From Octopus sinensis (Eukaryota), in assembly GCF_006345805.1 (NCBI RefSeq), contig NC_043004.1, positions 18,538,001 to 18,602,000 on the forward strand: a stretch of 64,000 nt of DNA. Direction: 5' to 3'. Shown here one piece after another: positions 27,102 through 40,599 of this stretch. The position numbers and the translations under genes are program-made. How positions within the stretch are numbered: the first letter of the stretch is position 1; every line of letters begins with the position of its first letter. The notes beneath the pieces were generated by a model. It was not told the origin of the DNA, searched no databases, and worked only from the letters and a program-made list of their open reading frames with translations.

Positions 27102-27384
27102 TCTACTCTGCTGTTCAATTTATTTTCCTAACTGTTTATTTTTGTCAGAGTTCCGATCATAAATCTTTGTAACTGATATCTAAGTGATTGGTTGCTAATG
27201 ATAATGACCACTGGCATCCTATTTCCACTTTGCATTTATTATTTTTCTTTTGCTAAGATTATACAAAATGGAAGAACATTCGTTGCACTCAATCATCGTT
27301 TAAGTAAATTCAATCGACGAATGGGGATTACATGACATGTGCCATTATTATCAGCTATTTCGTTCCCATATACATACGCACACT

Positions 27385-27417
<33 letters not shown>

Positions 27418-27694
27418 ACACACACCTACACCCACACACACATACACACATTCGAACGGTAGAATGTCTGCCATGTCCGTAGAAGATCTGAGTTTGAGTT
27501 CCATGGGCAACCTTCGACTTCTATCCGAAGAGATTTTAAACCCAGTACTAACAATTTATTATTTATAGCTCCCTCTGTTTCGAGTTTTATCGTTTACCAA
27601 TTGAATTATTTCTCATTCTCTCGAAACGTCTAAATTCTTATGAAGTCAGTAACACACGTACGCGCGTACTCACACACACACACACACACACAAC

Positions 27695-27718
<24 letters not shown>

Positions 27719-27725
<7 letters not shown>

Positions 27726-28120
27726 ACTTGTTTCAGTCATTTGACTGCGGCCATGCTGGAGCACCGCCTTTAGTCGAGCAAATCGACCCCGGGACTTATT
27801 CTTTGTAAGCCCAGTACTTATTCTATCGGTCTCTTTTGCCGAACCGCTAAGTGACGGGGACGTAAACACACCAGCATCGGTTGTCAAGCAATGCTAGGGG
27901 GACAAACACAGACACACAAACATATACACACACACTTATATATATATACATATATACGACAGGTTCTTTCAGTTTCCGTCTACCAAATCCACTCACAAGG
28001 CATTGGTCGGCCCTGGGCTATAGCAGAAGACACATGCCCAAGATGCCACGCAGTGGGACTGAACCCGGAACCATGTGGTTGGTTAGCAAGCTACTTACCA
28101 CACAGCCACTCCTGCGCCAT
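27719..28120 (-). mobile_element. Full-length CORE-like SINE
   Basis: Reverse complement of the 6220-6617 family, head to tail. Confidence 0.9.
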
Positions 28121-28588
28121 AAGTATATATTAAAGGGAACTAGTTGACTGATATTTCGATCAAAATTTCGGTTTACTAGTTCTCCTCAGCGAACACTACT
28201 AGTAACATTGAAGATACTGTCAAACTTTCGTTGTAAAATTGTAAAAATATAACATTATGATATTCTACTGACAGGTATTAATAGATCATTTAATGTTTAA
28301 CTGTTTTTGTATATATTTATATAACTATGCAGAGAAACAAACATTAATATATTGGTATATATGTGCGTGTGTGTGTGTGTGTGTGGGGGTGCGTAAATCG
28401 CCTAGGAGTTCATACATCAAGAAAAAATGCTCTCGTATATATGTCAATATATTTCGCGCCAGGGATTCAACGGAGTGCTAGGTAACAATCCGATTGTGTA
28501 ACCCTAGTAAGATCGGCTGTAATGGATGTATAATTCTGTACACTTCGGATGTCTATATACATATATATACATATATATGTATGTATAT

Positions 28589-29475
28589 GGGACAGGATGG
28601 GTCCGTGTGATAGAGACTCAACGGGCAATAATGGCACTATAAGGTCTTTAATTAATAATTAAGGGAACTTAGTAAACGAACCCGAGGACATGTGTAAGGT
28701 CTTTCAGGAGCATTTCACCCTGCTTTTCGGGGGGGGGGTGTAGGAAGGATCTCACGGACTTCCTTGCTAGCGTGCCGCATCTCTTGGGGCAGGAAGCGGA
28801 GATGCAGGAAGCTTTGTCGTACTGCGGTGGGGACAAGTCACCGGGACTAGATGGTCTCTCCTACGAGCTTTATAACAGTATGCCAGACTTGTTCGGGCAC
28901 CTACTGGCATGCGTTTTCACCAACTGGCAACAGGTTTATATCCAGATCTGTGAGCCGGGGAGTGGTGACGCTGCTTAGAAAGGATCCAAACAAGGGTGAT
29001 ATTACAGATAATTTCTGGCCCATCACTCTGCTTAACACAGAGTTAAAGATTTTAGCCAAGGTGTTAGCAAAAAGGTTGGCGCGTGTCCCAGGTGGAATCG
29101 TCGGGGAGGCACAAGCTTGTGCTGTTCCTGGCAGATCCATACATGATAATCTCCACCTTCTACGCTATACTTTAGAGGGGGTTAACGGGTCTCCTGCCAA
29201 GGGTGGAGCGCTGGTCCATTTAGACCAGTCCAAAGCTTTTGACTGGGTTGACCATCGGTATCTGGTGTGGGTCCTCGCAGCATTCGGGTTCGTCCCCATC
29301 TTCTGCGGGTGGATCATTGCTTTATACAGCAACATCGACTCGATCGTTCGTGTAAACGGGTTCTTCTCGAAGCCTTTCAACATCAAGCTCTCTGTTCGTC
29401 AAGGGGGTCCTCTCTCCACCCCCTTCTGAAGGTGTTGGAAAGTTTCGGCGTATGCGGATGTCATCACTATCACTG
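28589..29475 (+). mobile_element. L1/Tx1-clade LINE RT fragment, truncated at both ends
   Basis: KSPGLDGL, NFWPITLLNTELKILAKVLAKRL, LDQSKAFDWVDH, SVRQGGPLS, ending at a degenerate YAD(D); TA-type repeats on both sides. Confidence 0.9.
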
Positions 29476-29519
29476 ATATATATATATATATATAATATAT
29501 ATATTATATATATATATAC

Positions 29520-29601
<82 letters not shown>

Positions 29602-30044
29602 TATCCGAATATATCATACACACACGCACACACACACGCACGCACACACACACACAACACACACACACATATTCTTGCATAGAACTATTCTGAAGCAGTC
29701 TACGATGAATGCGATAAAAATCCATTTCTATGTTATTACATAATTGAAGCAGATTGCTGATTTTAATGACTGAGGGTAGGTAAAGTTTGCAAACAATGTA
29801 ATACACTGGTTGTAGTCGTCGTAGAATCAAAATTATTGAAATTGGAACCATTGGAATATTGAGACAGGATAGATTACATCGGAGCCATAGTAACTAAAGC
29901 ATACGAATTTGGGACACAGCTTACTCGTAATAAAATAATCATACTAAGTTGAAGTATTTAAAAATGTTTTCTTTGTCTGAAAGAAAACAAGGATTGTTGT
30001 TGTGCATTGTTTTGTAAATTTTTTTTCAATAAAAGAAGCTTCAA

Positions 30045-30285
30045 CGAAAAATCCTTAGTGCGTCGGACAAAATATTTAATAACATTTCTTACGGCTTTAC
30101 GTTCTAAGTTCAAATTCCGCTGACGTCGAGATTCGCGTTTCTCCTTTTGGAGTCAATAAAATAAGTACCAGTTGTGCACTGGAGTCGATGTAACAGACTA
30201 GACCCATATCCCCTATCCCTATACACCACAAAAATCTTAGACTTTGTGCCTGTAATAGAAAAGAAAAGGATATAGTGGTGCTGAA
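30045..30285 (+). mobile_element. Degenerate Deu/Nin-like SINE
   Basis: gttctaagttcaaattccgc...gtcaataaaataagtaccagttg...ggagtcgatgtaa. Confidence 0.75.
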
Positions 30286-30299
30286 GATTTTAAGGAGCC

Positions 30300-30676
30300 A
30301 ATAATGTTTGCACGGCAATACGCTACGCGATGACAATTAATGAAATGTACCTCACATTTCATGCAAAACGTAATGATTGTTGAGAAATAATTGTTTTTGA
30401 AATTTTTTAATGTGAAGTGCACGAACAGTTATTATTCGGTGATCAAATTTTGACCTATTTTTCAACGTAATGTATTTTTCTAGATAGATTCCAAACTTGA
30501 ATACATCTGAATGCGTTGTTTTTGTTAATTTTGACTTCAAAACAGATACCAACAGTAACATATAATAATGATCTTGAATAAATTTGCATTGACTAAAAAC
30601 CAAACGAAAGTAATTGGATGAAGATGTAATTGCGAGATGTCTATGCAGGAGAAACGTTTAAACCAAATACACTGTA
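30300..30676. mobile_element. Possible right end of a Tc1-like element
   Basis: Ends in ...aaaccaaatacactg-TA (CAGTG-type TIR plus TA); matching left TIR not found. Confidence 0.3.
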
Positions 30677-31184
30677 TAATTGACAGTAAAAATTTTAAAA
30701 ATGCAGCTGTACTAATCTCCGTATATATTGTACTGTAGTTGTCTTACACACACACACACACACCACACACACACACACACAGTTGAAACTTATAGAAAAA
30801 CAAAAGACGAAGTCAGGTGTATGAACAACAACCAGGTGTATTAGTTTGACGCTCGGGAAAGTGAAAAAGCATTTTATGTTTCGAGCTGACAGAAAGGAAC
30901 ATGAGAAAATAAACAGAGAGAGAATACAAAAAAAAAAACTTGTGGATTTAGCGGTCAAGCATGGTGATGATTAGAAAAAAATTTGAAAGAAGAGGTTGAA
31001 AGAAAGGGAGATCTAAAAACAAAGGTTCGTGTGCGTGTATGTGAGAATGTTGTGTGTAGGATGTAGGGGTAGGGTGGGGTGTGTGGGGGTGGTATCAATG
31101 AAGAGAGGAGTGGGTAGGAGTGAAAAGAGGAAATCGGTATCAGATGGATAGAGGAGGGGAGGGGAGTCAGATGAAGAGAGGAGG

Positions 31185-31330
31185 GAAGTTGAGCCAATGT
31201 GGCGCAAAGGATCGAAGAGAGAAGATTAGATTCTGTTTACGGCGAAGGTGGGAGGCTGGATGGTTCCTGTGCAAAGACAGTCCGAACACAGACAGGTCTT
31301 GTAGTCAATGACCGGTAGAGCCGAAATAGC
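31185..31330 (-). mobile_element. Penelope-like GIY-YIG C-terminal fragment
   Basis: LQDLSVFGLSLHRNHPASHLRRKQNLIFSLRSFAPHWLN, a typical PLE ORF end; next to (GATA)n at 31353-31375. Confidence 0.6.
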
Positions 31331-31528
31331 GCGGGATCAGGGGTAGATGATTAGATAGATAGATAGATAGATAAATAGAGAGAGAGGGAGAGAGTGACAA
31401 ACAGACAGAGAGATGCATATATGTATATATATATAATATTAATTAATATTATATTATATTTTACTATAAAATTGGATTCAATCCTAAATCTGATTTTCCC
31501 TGTAAATTTGGATTTATTCCCTAATATT

Positions 31529-31600
<72 letters not shown>

Positions 31601-31603
<3 letters not shown>

Positions 31604-31782
31604 TAATATAAACAGCAGTTTGCAATGTTTCACTAAAAAGTAGAATTACAAATGTGACTAACAGGGACCATAATCGTGTCGATCGAGAACTCTTAATACT
31701 GATGCGTCAGTTGGGCAATTTCCGTTGCCTCATCAGTTAAAACAGCTCGACTTCAGCTCTTTCTGGACTCGCTTCACCATCA

Positions 31783-31785
<3 letters not shown>
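31601..31785 (-). mobile_element. ~185-bp solo PLE-like terminal unit inside (TA)n with a core-damaged hammerhead (31693-31740)
   Basis: UUAA-CUGAUGA-GGCAA(cggaaa)UUGCC-CAA-CUGA(cgca)UCAG-UA-UUAA; (TA)n on both sides. Confidence 0.6.
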
Positions 31786-31827
<42 letters not shown>

Positions 31828-32429
31828 CATACTGTCACATAGTTTCCATATACCAAATTTATGGACACGCATAATTTAGTGGAAATTGGAGAGTCAAATG
31901 TCGCTAAATATAGTCGCTGGTTGCAAATCTTTGGACCTTATGACAAAAGCTTGTTGATGCATGAACGACAGAAGCTTAATCGGTGACAATATAGATGTTC
32001 TACGGAAGGTGGGAAATGTTTTTAGAGAAAATACGTATTTTAGTGCAAAAAAATAATATAGTCGACAACTGTATATTTGTGTAAAAATGTACCAGTGTAG
32101 ATGAAATAATACGAGGTATTAAAAACTCGTTGGTTGTGAGAGTCCACATTGCTTCGGCTGCGGAGTATTAAATTAGCTATCTGAAGGTACGAAATTGGTA
32201 ATTACTTTGATGTATGTTTACAACGATCATTCATTTAATTAGTGAATGCCATAAAACAATGAGAATAACTTTTTCTTAAGCAAAGCTCACATCATAAATT
32301 TGTTGGAAACTAACGTATATGAAGAGTTGCCAAAGACAGTTAATTTAATTCATACACTACTGAAAATATTTACTTTTAGAATAAAATGCACCTGGAAAGG
32401 CTAATGGAAATTTCACACACACACACACA

Positions 32430-32472
<43 letters not shown>

Positions 32473-32934
32473 TCTAGAATACATATAGGTATGAAAGCAA
32501 TTTTTAAAGCAATTTTCAGTAGATGTAATTTGACTCCTAGTTAGATACTTGTATTTAGGTTGGATATAAGTATAATAAATTAGTACTTTCGAAGTACAAT
32601 CACCATTAAGTTGCTATTGTAGTCGACATCTTTTGAAGCCACAGTCGTTTCCGTTTATGATTATATTAGCAGAGCAGTTAATTTCAGATACCCAAAAGTC
32701 ACTTCTAATTCAAACAGAAAAAAAAGCTATGGAGCTGGAAGGGAGAATAATTCAACTTGGAAAAAACAATTAAGACACTCAGTAAATTTCGTTTATTGCA
32801 TATACGAAACTCTTTATCAGCATATCAAGATCACTAACATATGATCATTTCATAAGCACAAAGTGTAACTTGTTTGTACAGCAAGTATTTATATATAAGC
32901 TTTCTTTAAAAGACAACATTTTAATATATATATA

Positions 32935-33228
32935 CATGGCTTAGTGGTTAAGTTGCGCATACGATTGCGAGATCGTGGGTTCGATTCCCAGACGTTGCGG
33001 TCGTTGCGTTGTGATCTTGAGCAAAGCACTTCATTTCACATTGGTCTGCGATCATTGCAACATCTGATATGTGGTACCCGTTACACCTATACAGGTAATG
33101 TCGATCTGATGGAGGGAGTGAGTTTATGTTTACACAAACATTTGATCGCTATAAGCAAATCATCTGTGTGGTCGTTCGGTAAGGAATTTTCGAACCTTCA
33201 TATGTCGTCTAACTACGGGAGAGTCCAT
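32935..33228 (+). mobile_element. tRNA-derived SINE
   Basis: tggcttagtggttaag...gggttcgattccc A/B boxes, then cttgagcaaagcacttcatttcac. Confidence 0.75.
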
Positions 33229-33525
33229 TATATATATATATATATATAATATTATATATATATATATATAATCAAAAATAAGCAACAAGAATGGATCCGG
33301 TAATTTAGTACAATTTTTTAATTTTATTTTATCGAGTTCAGCTCACAAGCTGTGGCCATGCTGGGGCACCGCCATTTTTCATACTATAACATTTTATTAA
33401 GCTGAAAATATTACAGCAGATATGATATGTCAAGTAATCTTCAGCTAATTTCATAGAGGTTTTCCAAAAATATAAAGTTCTCAAATCAATTAGTAACATC
33501 CTAGAGAAGGTAAATATACCGATAA

Positions 33526-33690
33526 AGGGCTTCTTCCAGTTTCCGTCTACCAAATCCACTTGCAAAGATTTTGTCGGCCTAAGGCTATAGTAGAAAGCAC
33601 TTGGTCATGGTGCAACGTGGTCGGACTGAACCCGGAACCATGTGGTTTGGAAGCAAATTTCTTACTACACAGTTAATCCTGCGCCTATAT
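33526..33690 (-). mobile_element. 5' half of the CORE-like SINE
   Basis: cagtttccgtctaccaaatcc...gaacccggaaccatgtgg...ctgcgcctat. Confidence 0.85.
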
Positions 33691-33701
33691 ATTATCTATC
33701 C

Positions 33702-33737
<36 letters not shown>

Positions 33738-34287
33738 TTAATAAAAGCGTAAAATATATATAATGTTAAATTCTGATGCAGTGTATGCTATGAGTTGCTC
33801 AAAGTTTTAATCAAAATTTTTCTTGTAGTTAGATAAAGAATTCAAAAGCACCCAAAGGAATAAAGAGATAGTTTCAAAAAATTAGGAAGTAACGTCTGAC
33901 GTAAGCTTCCCCAACACATACACACACACGCACACACACATTAATTAGGAAAATTTATTCCCATGGAAGTCGAAAATACTTTGCCGATAGGTTTTTTGTA
34001 TTTTTTATCCGACTAAATTGAAAATATCAATTAATATTGAAGTTTTGTCTACGGCGCTTGGTATATCATACATTAAACTATTTTGCAGTTCATCTATAAT
34101 ATTGAGCTAGCTGAATTATATGATATACTTTGTTAAATACATATATTTATACACACACACATACATACACACAAGCACATAAGCACATATACGCACATGT
34201 ATATATATTACACACATAATACACATATTTATATATATGTATGTATATATATTATATATATGCATGAATGTTTATATATATATATAT

Positions 34288-34340
<53 letters not shown>

Positions 34341-34462
34341 TGATAAAAATGGTAAGACAACAAAAGAATGAAAGAGACCTTGATATTATGTAAATAGAGG
34401 AATTTATCTGTAAATGTAATATGTGACAATTATTCGGTCTCTATATTTACAGATATATATTT

Positions 34463-34499
<37 letters not shown>

Positions 34500-34572
34500 A
34501 TGGCGGTGCCCCAGCATGTCCACAGCTCGTGAGCTGAAACTAGAATCAATCAATCAAATATATATATACATA

Positions 34573-35171
34573 TATTACATACATATAAGAGGGAATTTAC
34601 CACTATGTGGAAACCCTTATGCTAGAAGAAGATCCGCTATGGTCTTACCAGTAAGAATTGTTCTCTAGAAAATTTAGCAAACAGCAGAAACGTAAGCGAG
34701 CAAGACAAATGAAAAGTAACAAAAATACTGATTAATCATAAACAAATGTTTCACTATCAACAAATTACGTAATTTTACTTGTATAATTTATTTGTAGTTC
34801 TTCAGTACGATCGTCTATACAAATATAATTTGCAGAACTACACACCAGACATCAACACGAGGCTGAATATGCATGCAGTTCTACCCATTATACGTGTGGT
34901 AATTTTTCAAAAGTGTTCGTTTTGGCGCGCTAAATTACCGGAAATAATACTGCATAAAATAATTTACTGCAGTAGACTTTGCCGGTTTGAAAACGTATTA
35001 ATTTAAAATTAAAATTAAAATGAGGGTGAAAAACTGGATATTAATTTGATAACATCAGTTTAACATCAGTGGTCTAGCATATTAAAAAACTGAGGTTCAG
35101 TAAATAGTATTACATACATATAAGAGGGAATTTACCACTATGTGGAAACCCTTATGCTAGAAGAAGATCCG

Positions 35172-35175
<4 letters not shown>
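34573..35175 (+). repeat. 68-bp perfect direct repeats (34573-34640, 35108-35175) around a 467-bp unique segment
   Basis: Base-by-base comparison. Confidence 0.9.
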
Positions 35176-35213
<38 letters not shown>

Positions 35214-35234
35214 CAGCATTTTCTCCAATGGCCG

Positions 35235-35293
35235 GATAACTGAAGTGATGGTGGTGGATTTCAACCCCGGCATCCGAAACTTGGAGTTTTATC
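35235..35293 (+). ncRNA. Hammerhead-like motif, family 2 (A9 mutated)
   Basis: GAUAA-CUGAAGU-GAUG..CAUC-C-GAAA-CUUGGAG-UU-UUAUC. Confidence 0.45.
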
Positions 35294-35354
35294 ATGGCTA
35301 GCGAATAATTGTCACATATTACGTTACAGATCTATCTATCTATCTATCTATCTA

Positions 35355-35389
<35 letters not shown>

Positions 35390-35393
35390 ATCT

Positions 35394-35434
<41 letters not shown>

Positions 35435-35480
35435 TATCTATCTATCTATTTCTCCCTCTCTCTCTCTCTATATATATATA

Positions 35481-36291
35481 TCTATATATATAAAACTGTA
35501 GTTGTGTGAGTGTCTGTCTCCTACGATTTAGATTCCTAACTACTCCCACATTTTGCGGTGCAGTTTCACCAAATTCGGGTATCTTATAGTCGTGATTCAT
35601 ATCGAGCCCGTCTGGGTATTAGCGCGCGTCTTCGATGAGTCTACGATTTAAAAAATAATTTACCATAATTTTTTTTCATTTTAACGCATATTTTTTCGTG
35701 TGTCGATGGCGGCGGAGTTGGCGTCCATGCTCACACCTGCACCTGTGTTGCTTCTCCCCCTTCTTCCCTCCCTCGTGAAACTGTGGGGAAGGGAGTGTAA
35801 GGAAATCAACGTCGTAAAGCGTGGTCAAGGAAACCAGCGTGCTTTTAGAACAACGACTTCATGGCTCGAAGTCGCCAAAACAGAAATCGCTAAAAAAGCT
35901 GAAACAGATCCACAAAAACGGCAAAAACCGCCACACAGGGCAGGTTTCCTGTGCAAACAATTTGCACAACCGAATGTTTTAGTTGTTGCACAAATCTTTA
36001 TATATAAAAGTGAAGTTGTGTGTCTGTCTCCTACGATTTAGATTCCTAACTACTTCCATATTTTGCGGTGCAGTTTAACCAAAACCGGGTATCTTATAGT
36101 CGTGATTCATATCGAGTCCTTCTGGGTATTAGCGCGCGTCTACGATGAGTCTACGATTTTAAAAATAATTTACCATATTTTTTTTTCCATTTTTAATGCA
36201 TTTTTTTGCTATGTTTTGGCTATAACACTCTAAAAATGCTTATATAGTTATTTCCCTTACAAACCCGAGCAACGCCGGACGATACTGTTAG
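35481..36291 (+). mobile_element. Non-autonomous Helitron with two 5' ends
   Basis: 5' TC at 35481, second TC 5' end at 35995, ~200-bp shared 5' region, 3' hairpin cccgagcaacgccgg, and a terminal GTTAG approximating CTAG. Confidence 0.75.
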
Positions 36292-36409
36292 TATATATAT
36301 ATACAACTTTATTCTATTCTTAATCACAACTGCCCGACGAACGGGAACTTGAAACTCCGAATAGTAGATTTTTGTGATATTTTTGCAGCTGTAATAATAG
36401 TGATGATGA

Positions 36410-36413
36410 TGAC

Positions 36414-36458
<45 letters not shown>

Positions 36459-36500
36459 CATAATAATAATAATAATAATAATCATAATAATAATAATAAA
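36410..36500. repeat. (GAT)n/(AAT)n microsatellite
   Basis: Direct inspection. Confidence 0.95.
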
Positions 36501-37045
36501 TGCCCTGATGTATTACCAGGTAGTGGCTCTCATGGCTTCTGATCTTAACTTATTGGAAGTGTTATTATGTACATTGTTTTGTCTTGGTATAAAAGATGGG
36601 CTACAGCAAATATTCTGCTCAATACCACAAATTTGCTTATCAGTTGTTTGACCTTAACCGGTTGAGTATGTCCATTAATGGTTGATGATATGTGCATCTC
36701 TGATCACAAGCAGAAGTAGTGGGGGAGCGTCATAGCCATATGTTGAGAGGGATTCTACCTTTGGAAATATGGGTTTTTCGTTCAACATCCTTAAATAACC
36801 CTTATTCAGGGACATTTTGAGCGGGATGGGCTACTCGACCGGAATTAAATTCTAACTGGCATCACCTACAAGGTCATGCGCTGTTTATCTTGATATGAGA
36901 TCACCATGTCACGCAGATATGGTTGTGTTGCATGTGCTTGGTGCACCCTTATCAGATGGGTACACATGATGGGTATACTGGGCTTCGTATATTTTACCGC
37001 AGTATCACCTTGATGGCATGCACTGCTCTCTCACTCAGTAATTAT
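36500..37045 (+). mobile_element. ~545-bp unnamed repeat flanked by (TAA)n
   Basis: Homologous to 7771-8010; TAA-type repeats at both ends. Confidence 0.75.
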
Positions 37046-38230
37046 AATAATAAAAAGCATAACACTCTATCTCCTGTATTCGAGTACTATTTTAATTCCA
37101 CTCGTGTATATATATATATATATATATATGGCAAAAAATACACACCTACATCCACTCACATTTTCTTACACACCCACCCTTTCGTCCTTCCCTGCAATTT
37201 TGGTTTTGCTTGAGAGCTGTTTCAGATCTTCCCTGCTACTATGTTTTTATGTGTTAAGATGCGCACAGAAGCACACACAGAATCACCTTCTTCTTTGTCC
37301 TTTTTGTCTCATCTTATTTTCGTAATATTTACCACTACCACCATTTGTGAATTTCCAGGACTTCCTCTTTTTTCTCCCTTTCAATTTAAACGTCTTAATC
37401 TCTGACACGTCCTACACATATTTCTCTTACCTTTCTATGTGCATCACCATACAACTTTTCGTCTATCAGCTCCTTTACATATTATGGACAATTTTTGCAA
37501 TTACTTTCCTTTAATTTTTCTCTAGTTTTCCTCCAACCTTCTCCCGATTTTTCTCATAATTTTCTCTCACCTCTCTCTCTGTATACGCATATTTTCTCTC
37601 TTATTCCTCCTTTTTACTTCTTCCTACTTACCTTTTTTCTCCTTTCTGTAAACATGCTTTACAATGTTCTACATTGTATTTCTTCTGTCTCTATATAACT
37701 CATTACTTTCCTTCCGTTGCCGAAATATTATTCTCTTCGTGAACTTCCGCCTTCTTTCTTGTCTTATATTCATAATTCTGTTCCATATATCAGCATCTCA
37801 CTATCATATACTTAAATACATTCCTAGCACATCTTTACATTATTTTCGCCTTCCTTTTACTTCTCACTTGCAACCTCTCCAACCTTTGTTATATTCGCTG
37901 TTATATCATAGCCGACAGCATTACTGTGCTTCCGTATTTGCTCACCTATACACACGCACAATTATTCTACCACCCAGCATCCACCTCATGCTCATACACA
38001 GACTCACCATTCTTCCCTTCGCGGCTCCTAGTTATTCTCTCGTCACCTTCTATATCTTCTTCTCAACCGATTTACTCTTTCACAATCCTCTAATATTATT
38101 CTTTTGATAGACTAGCGTTCGAAAAGTTTGTATTTGTTCTTCCTTTTTGAGCGTTAAACTAACAAAATATTTTAAAATCTATTCCCCCCATATTATCAAT
38201 AGGTTTTTGTTCATTGCTTTCACAATATAT

Positions 38231-38268
<38 letters not shown>

Positions 38269-38273
38269 TATAC

Positions 38274-38336
<63 letters not shown>

Positions 38337-38394
38337 TATACATATATATATATACATATATGTATTAATACCAGTATATATATCTGTTATATAC

Positions 38395-38431
<37 letters not shown>

Positions 38432-38530
38432 GATATACATATATATTTATATATACATATATACATACATACATACATACATACATACATAACATAATAC
38501 ATACATACATACATACATATATATATATAT

Positions 38531-38818
38531 ACTCTTACTCTACTCTTTTACTCTTTTACTTGTTTCAGTCATTTGACTGTGGGTATGCTGGAGCACTGCA
38601 TTTAGTCGAGCAAATCGCTATCGGTCTCTTTTGCAGAACCGCTAAGTTACGGGGACGTAAACACACCAGCATCGTTGTCAAGCGATGTTGGAGGGACAAA
38701 CACAGACACGCAAACGTACATACATACATATATATACATATATACGCAGGCTTCTTTCAGTTTCCGTCTACCAAATTCACCCACGAGGTTTTGGTTGGCC
38801 CGAGGCTATAGTAGAATA
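38531..38818 (-). mobile_element. 3' part of the CORE-like SINE
   Basis: (tactc/ttttac)n tail, gtttcagtcatttgactg..., to ggcccgaggctatagtagaa. Confidence 0.85.
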
Positions 38819-38838
38819 TATATATTTATATTTATATG

Positions 38839-38870
<32 letters not shown>

Positions 38871-39386
38871 TGTATGTATGTATGTATGTATTTATGCATG
38901 TATGTATGTATGTATGTATGTATGTATGTATGTATGTATGTATGTATGTATGTATGTATGTATGTATTATGTAAGTATTTATGTATGTACGTACGTATAC
39001 AAACAATGCTGAAAATACACCATTCATTTATTAACATGTGCGTGGAAGCGATTATTTTAATGTAATTGAAAATTCAAAGTACGTAAAACACTGAAATTTG
39101 TTCCGGAAAGTCTGCTTTATGTTTCATGCTATCCTTTATTTAGAGCCCGTGGTCTAGGCGATAAAATCAATACATGTATGATCTATCTATCTATCTTCAT
39201 CGATTTCTCTGTGCGTATACACATACAAACATACGCAGATAGATATAAACATACATACTCAGACACATTCACGCACACTCTGTCTCTCTCCCTTACATAC
39301 ACACTCACACAGAAGCACACACACATATACATACATACACACATACATACATAATTATATACATATATATATACATATCTATATAC

Positions 39387-39431
<45 letters not shown>

Positions 39432-39592
39432 CATATATATATAAATATACATGTATTTATATATACACATATACATATATATATATATAATATACATTTA
39501 TATATATATACATATACATATATGTATATACTTATATATATATATATATACGTATTCACATATATGAATATACATATATATACATAATATAC

Positions 39593-39638
<46 letters not shown>

Positions 39639-40599
39639 ATATATACTTTATTTAAAAGCAGCAGAAAATTCAACAAAACCTGTTACTCTGAGTTTTCACG
39701 TTCCCGTTAGTCGGACAGTTTTTGCTAGAATAAAACCGATATGTCAATTCTATCAAGACTAGTATAAACGCTACACATTTAAAAATGGACTTGTTTGATT
39801 GGTCCTTTACAAATAACGGTCGATTTCGAGCGATAAACAAAAATGAGCTCAAAATATATATATATATATGTCTGTATAAAATTATAAAAATCGAGGAAAA
39901 AACCTTACATGGAATCTTTGATTAAAATACACATTGTCATTAATAAAGAAAATATAATTGATACATGGAAATTGAAATTAAAATATTAAAATGCATTAAA
40001 ATATTACACAACAGTACATGCTCATACTAAACTATACATATATACATCAACATACACAGATAGATGCGCGCAGACCACATACATATAAAGACATATAAAT
40101 ACAAAGCTAAAATATACACACAAATGCATGTACACATATGTATACGCAATCTAGCTCGCATGCAAAATCACTGTATCCACATAGACTATAATCTAAATTC
40201 ATGGATGGGGAAGGGGCGTTCTTATTTACAACGTAAAGCTAAATACATAAGTAAGGGAGGAGGAGGGGGACGTAAAGTTACAGGGCTTTATACAAGTAAC
40301 GGATAGGGAGAGAAAAAAAACGAAAGAAAGGAAGAGAGAGAAAAAAGAAAAAGAGAGAAGGGAAAAAGAAGGAAAGGAAAGAATAAAATTTTGTATACAA
40401 ATTATGTGAGCACATATACTGACACAATATATATAGAGACAAGTATGCAAACACACAAGTTCAAGTGGATACATGCATACACATACATTCGTGTATGTAT
40501 GTGCTTAAGTACAAACATACGCTCACTTACACATATACAAAGACGTATGCTTGCAAATACATATCCATGCCAATACACATATTTACATGAAAATGCCTA

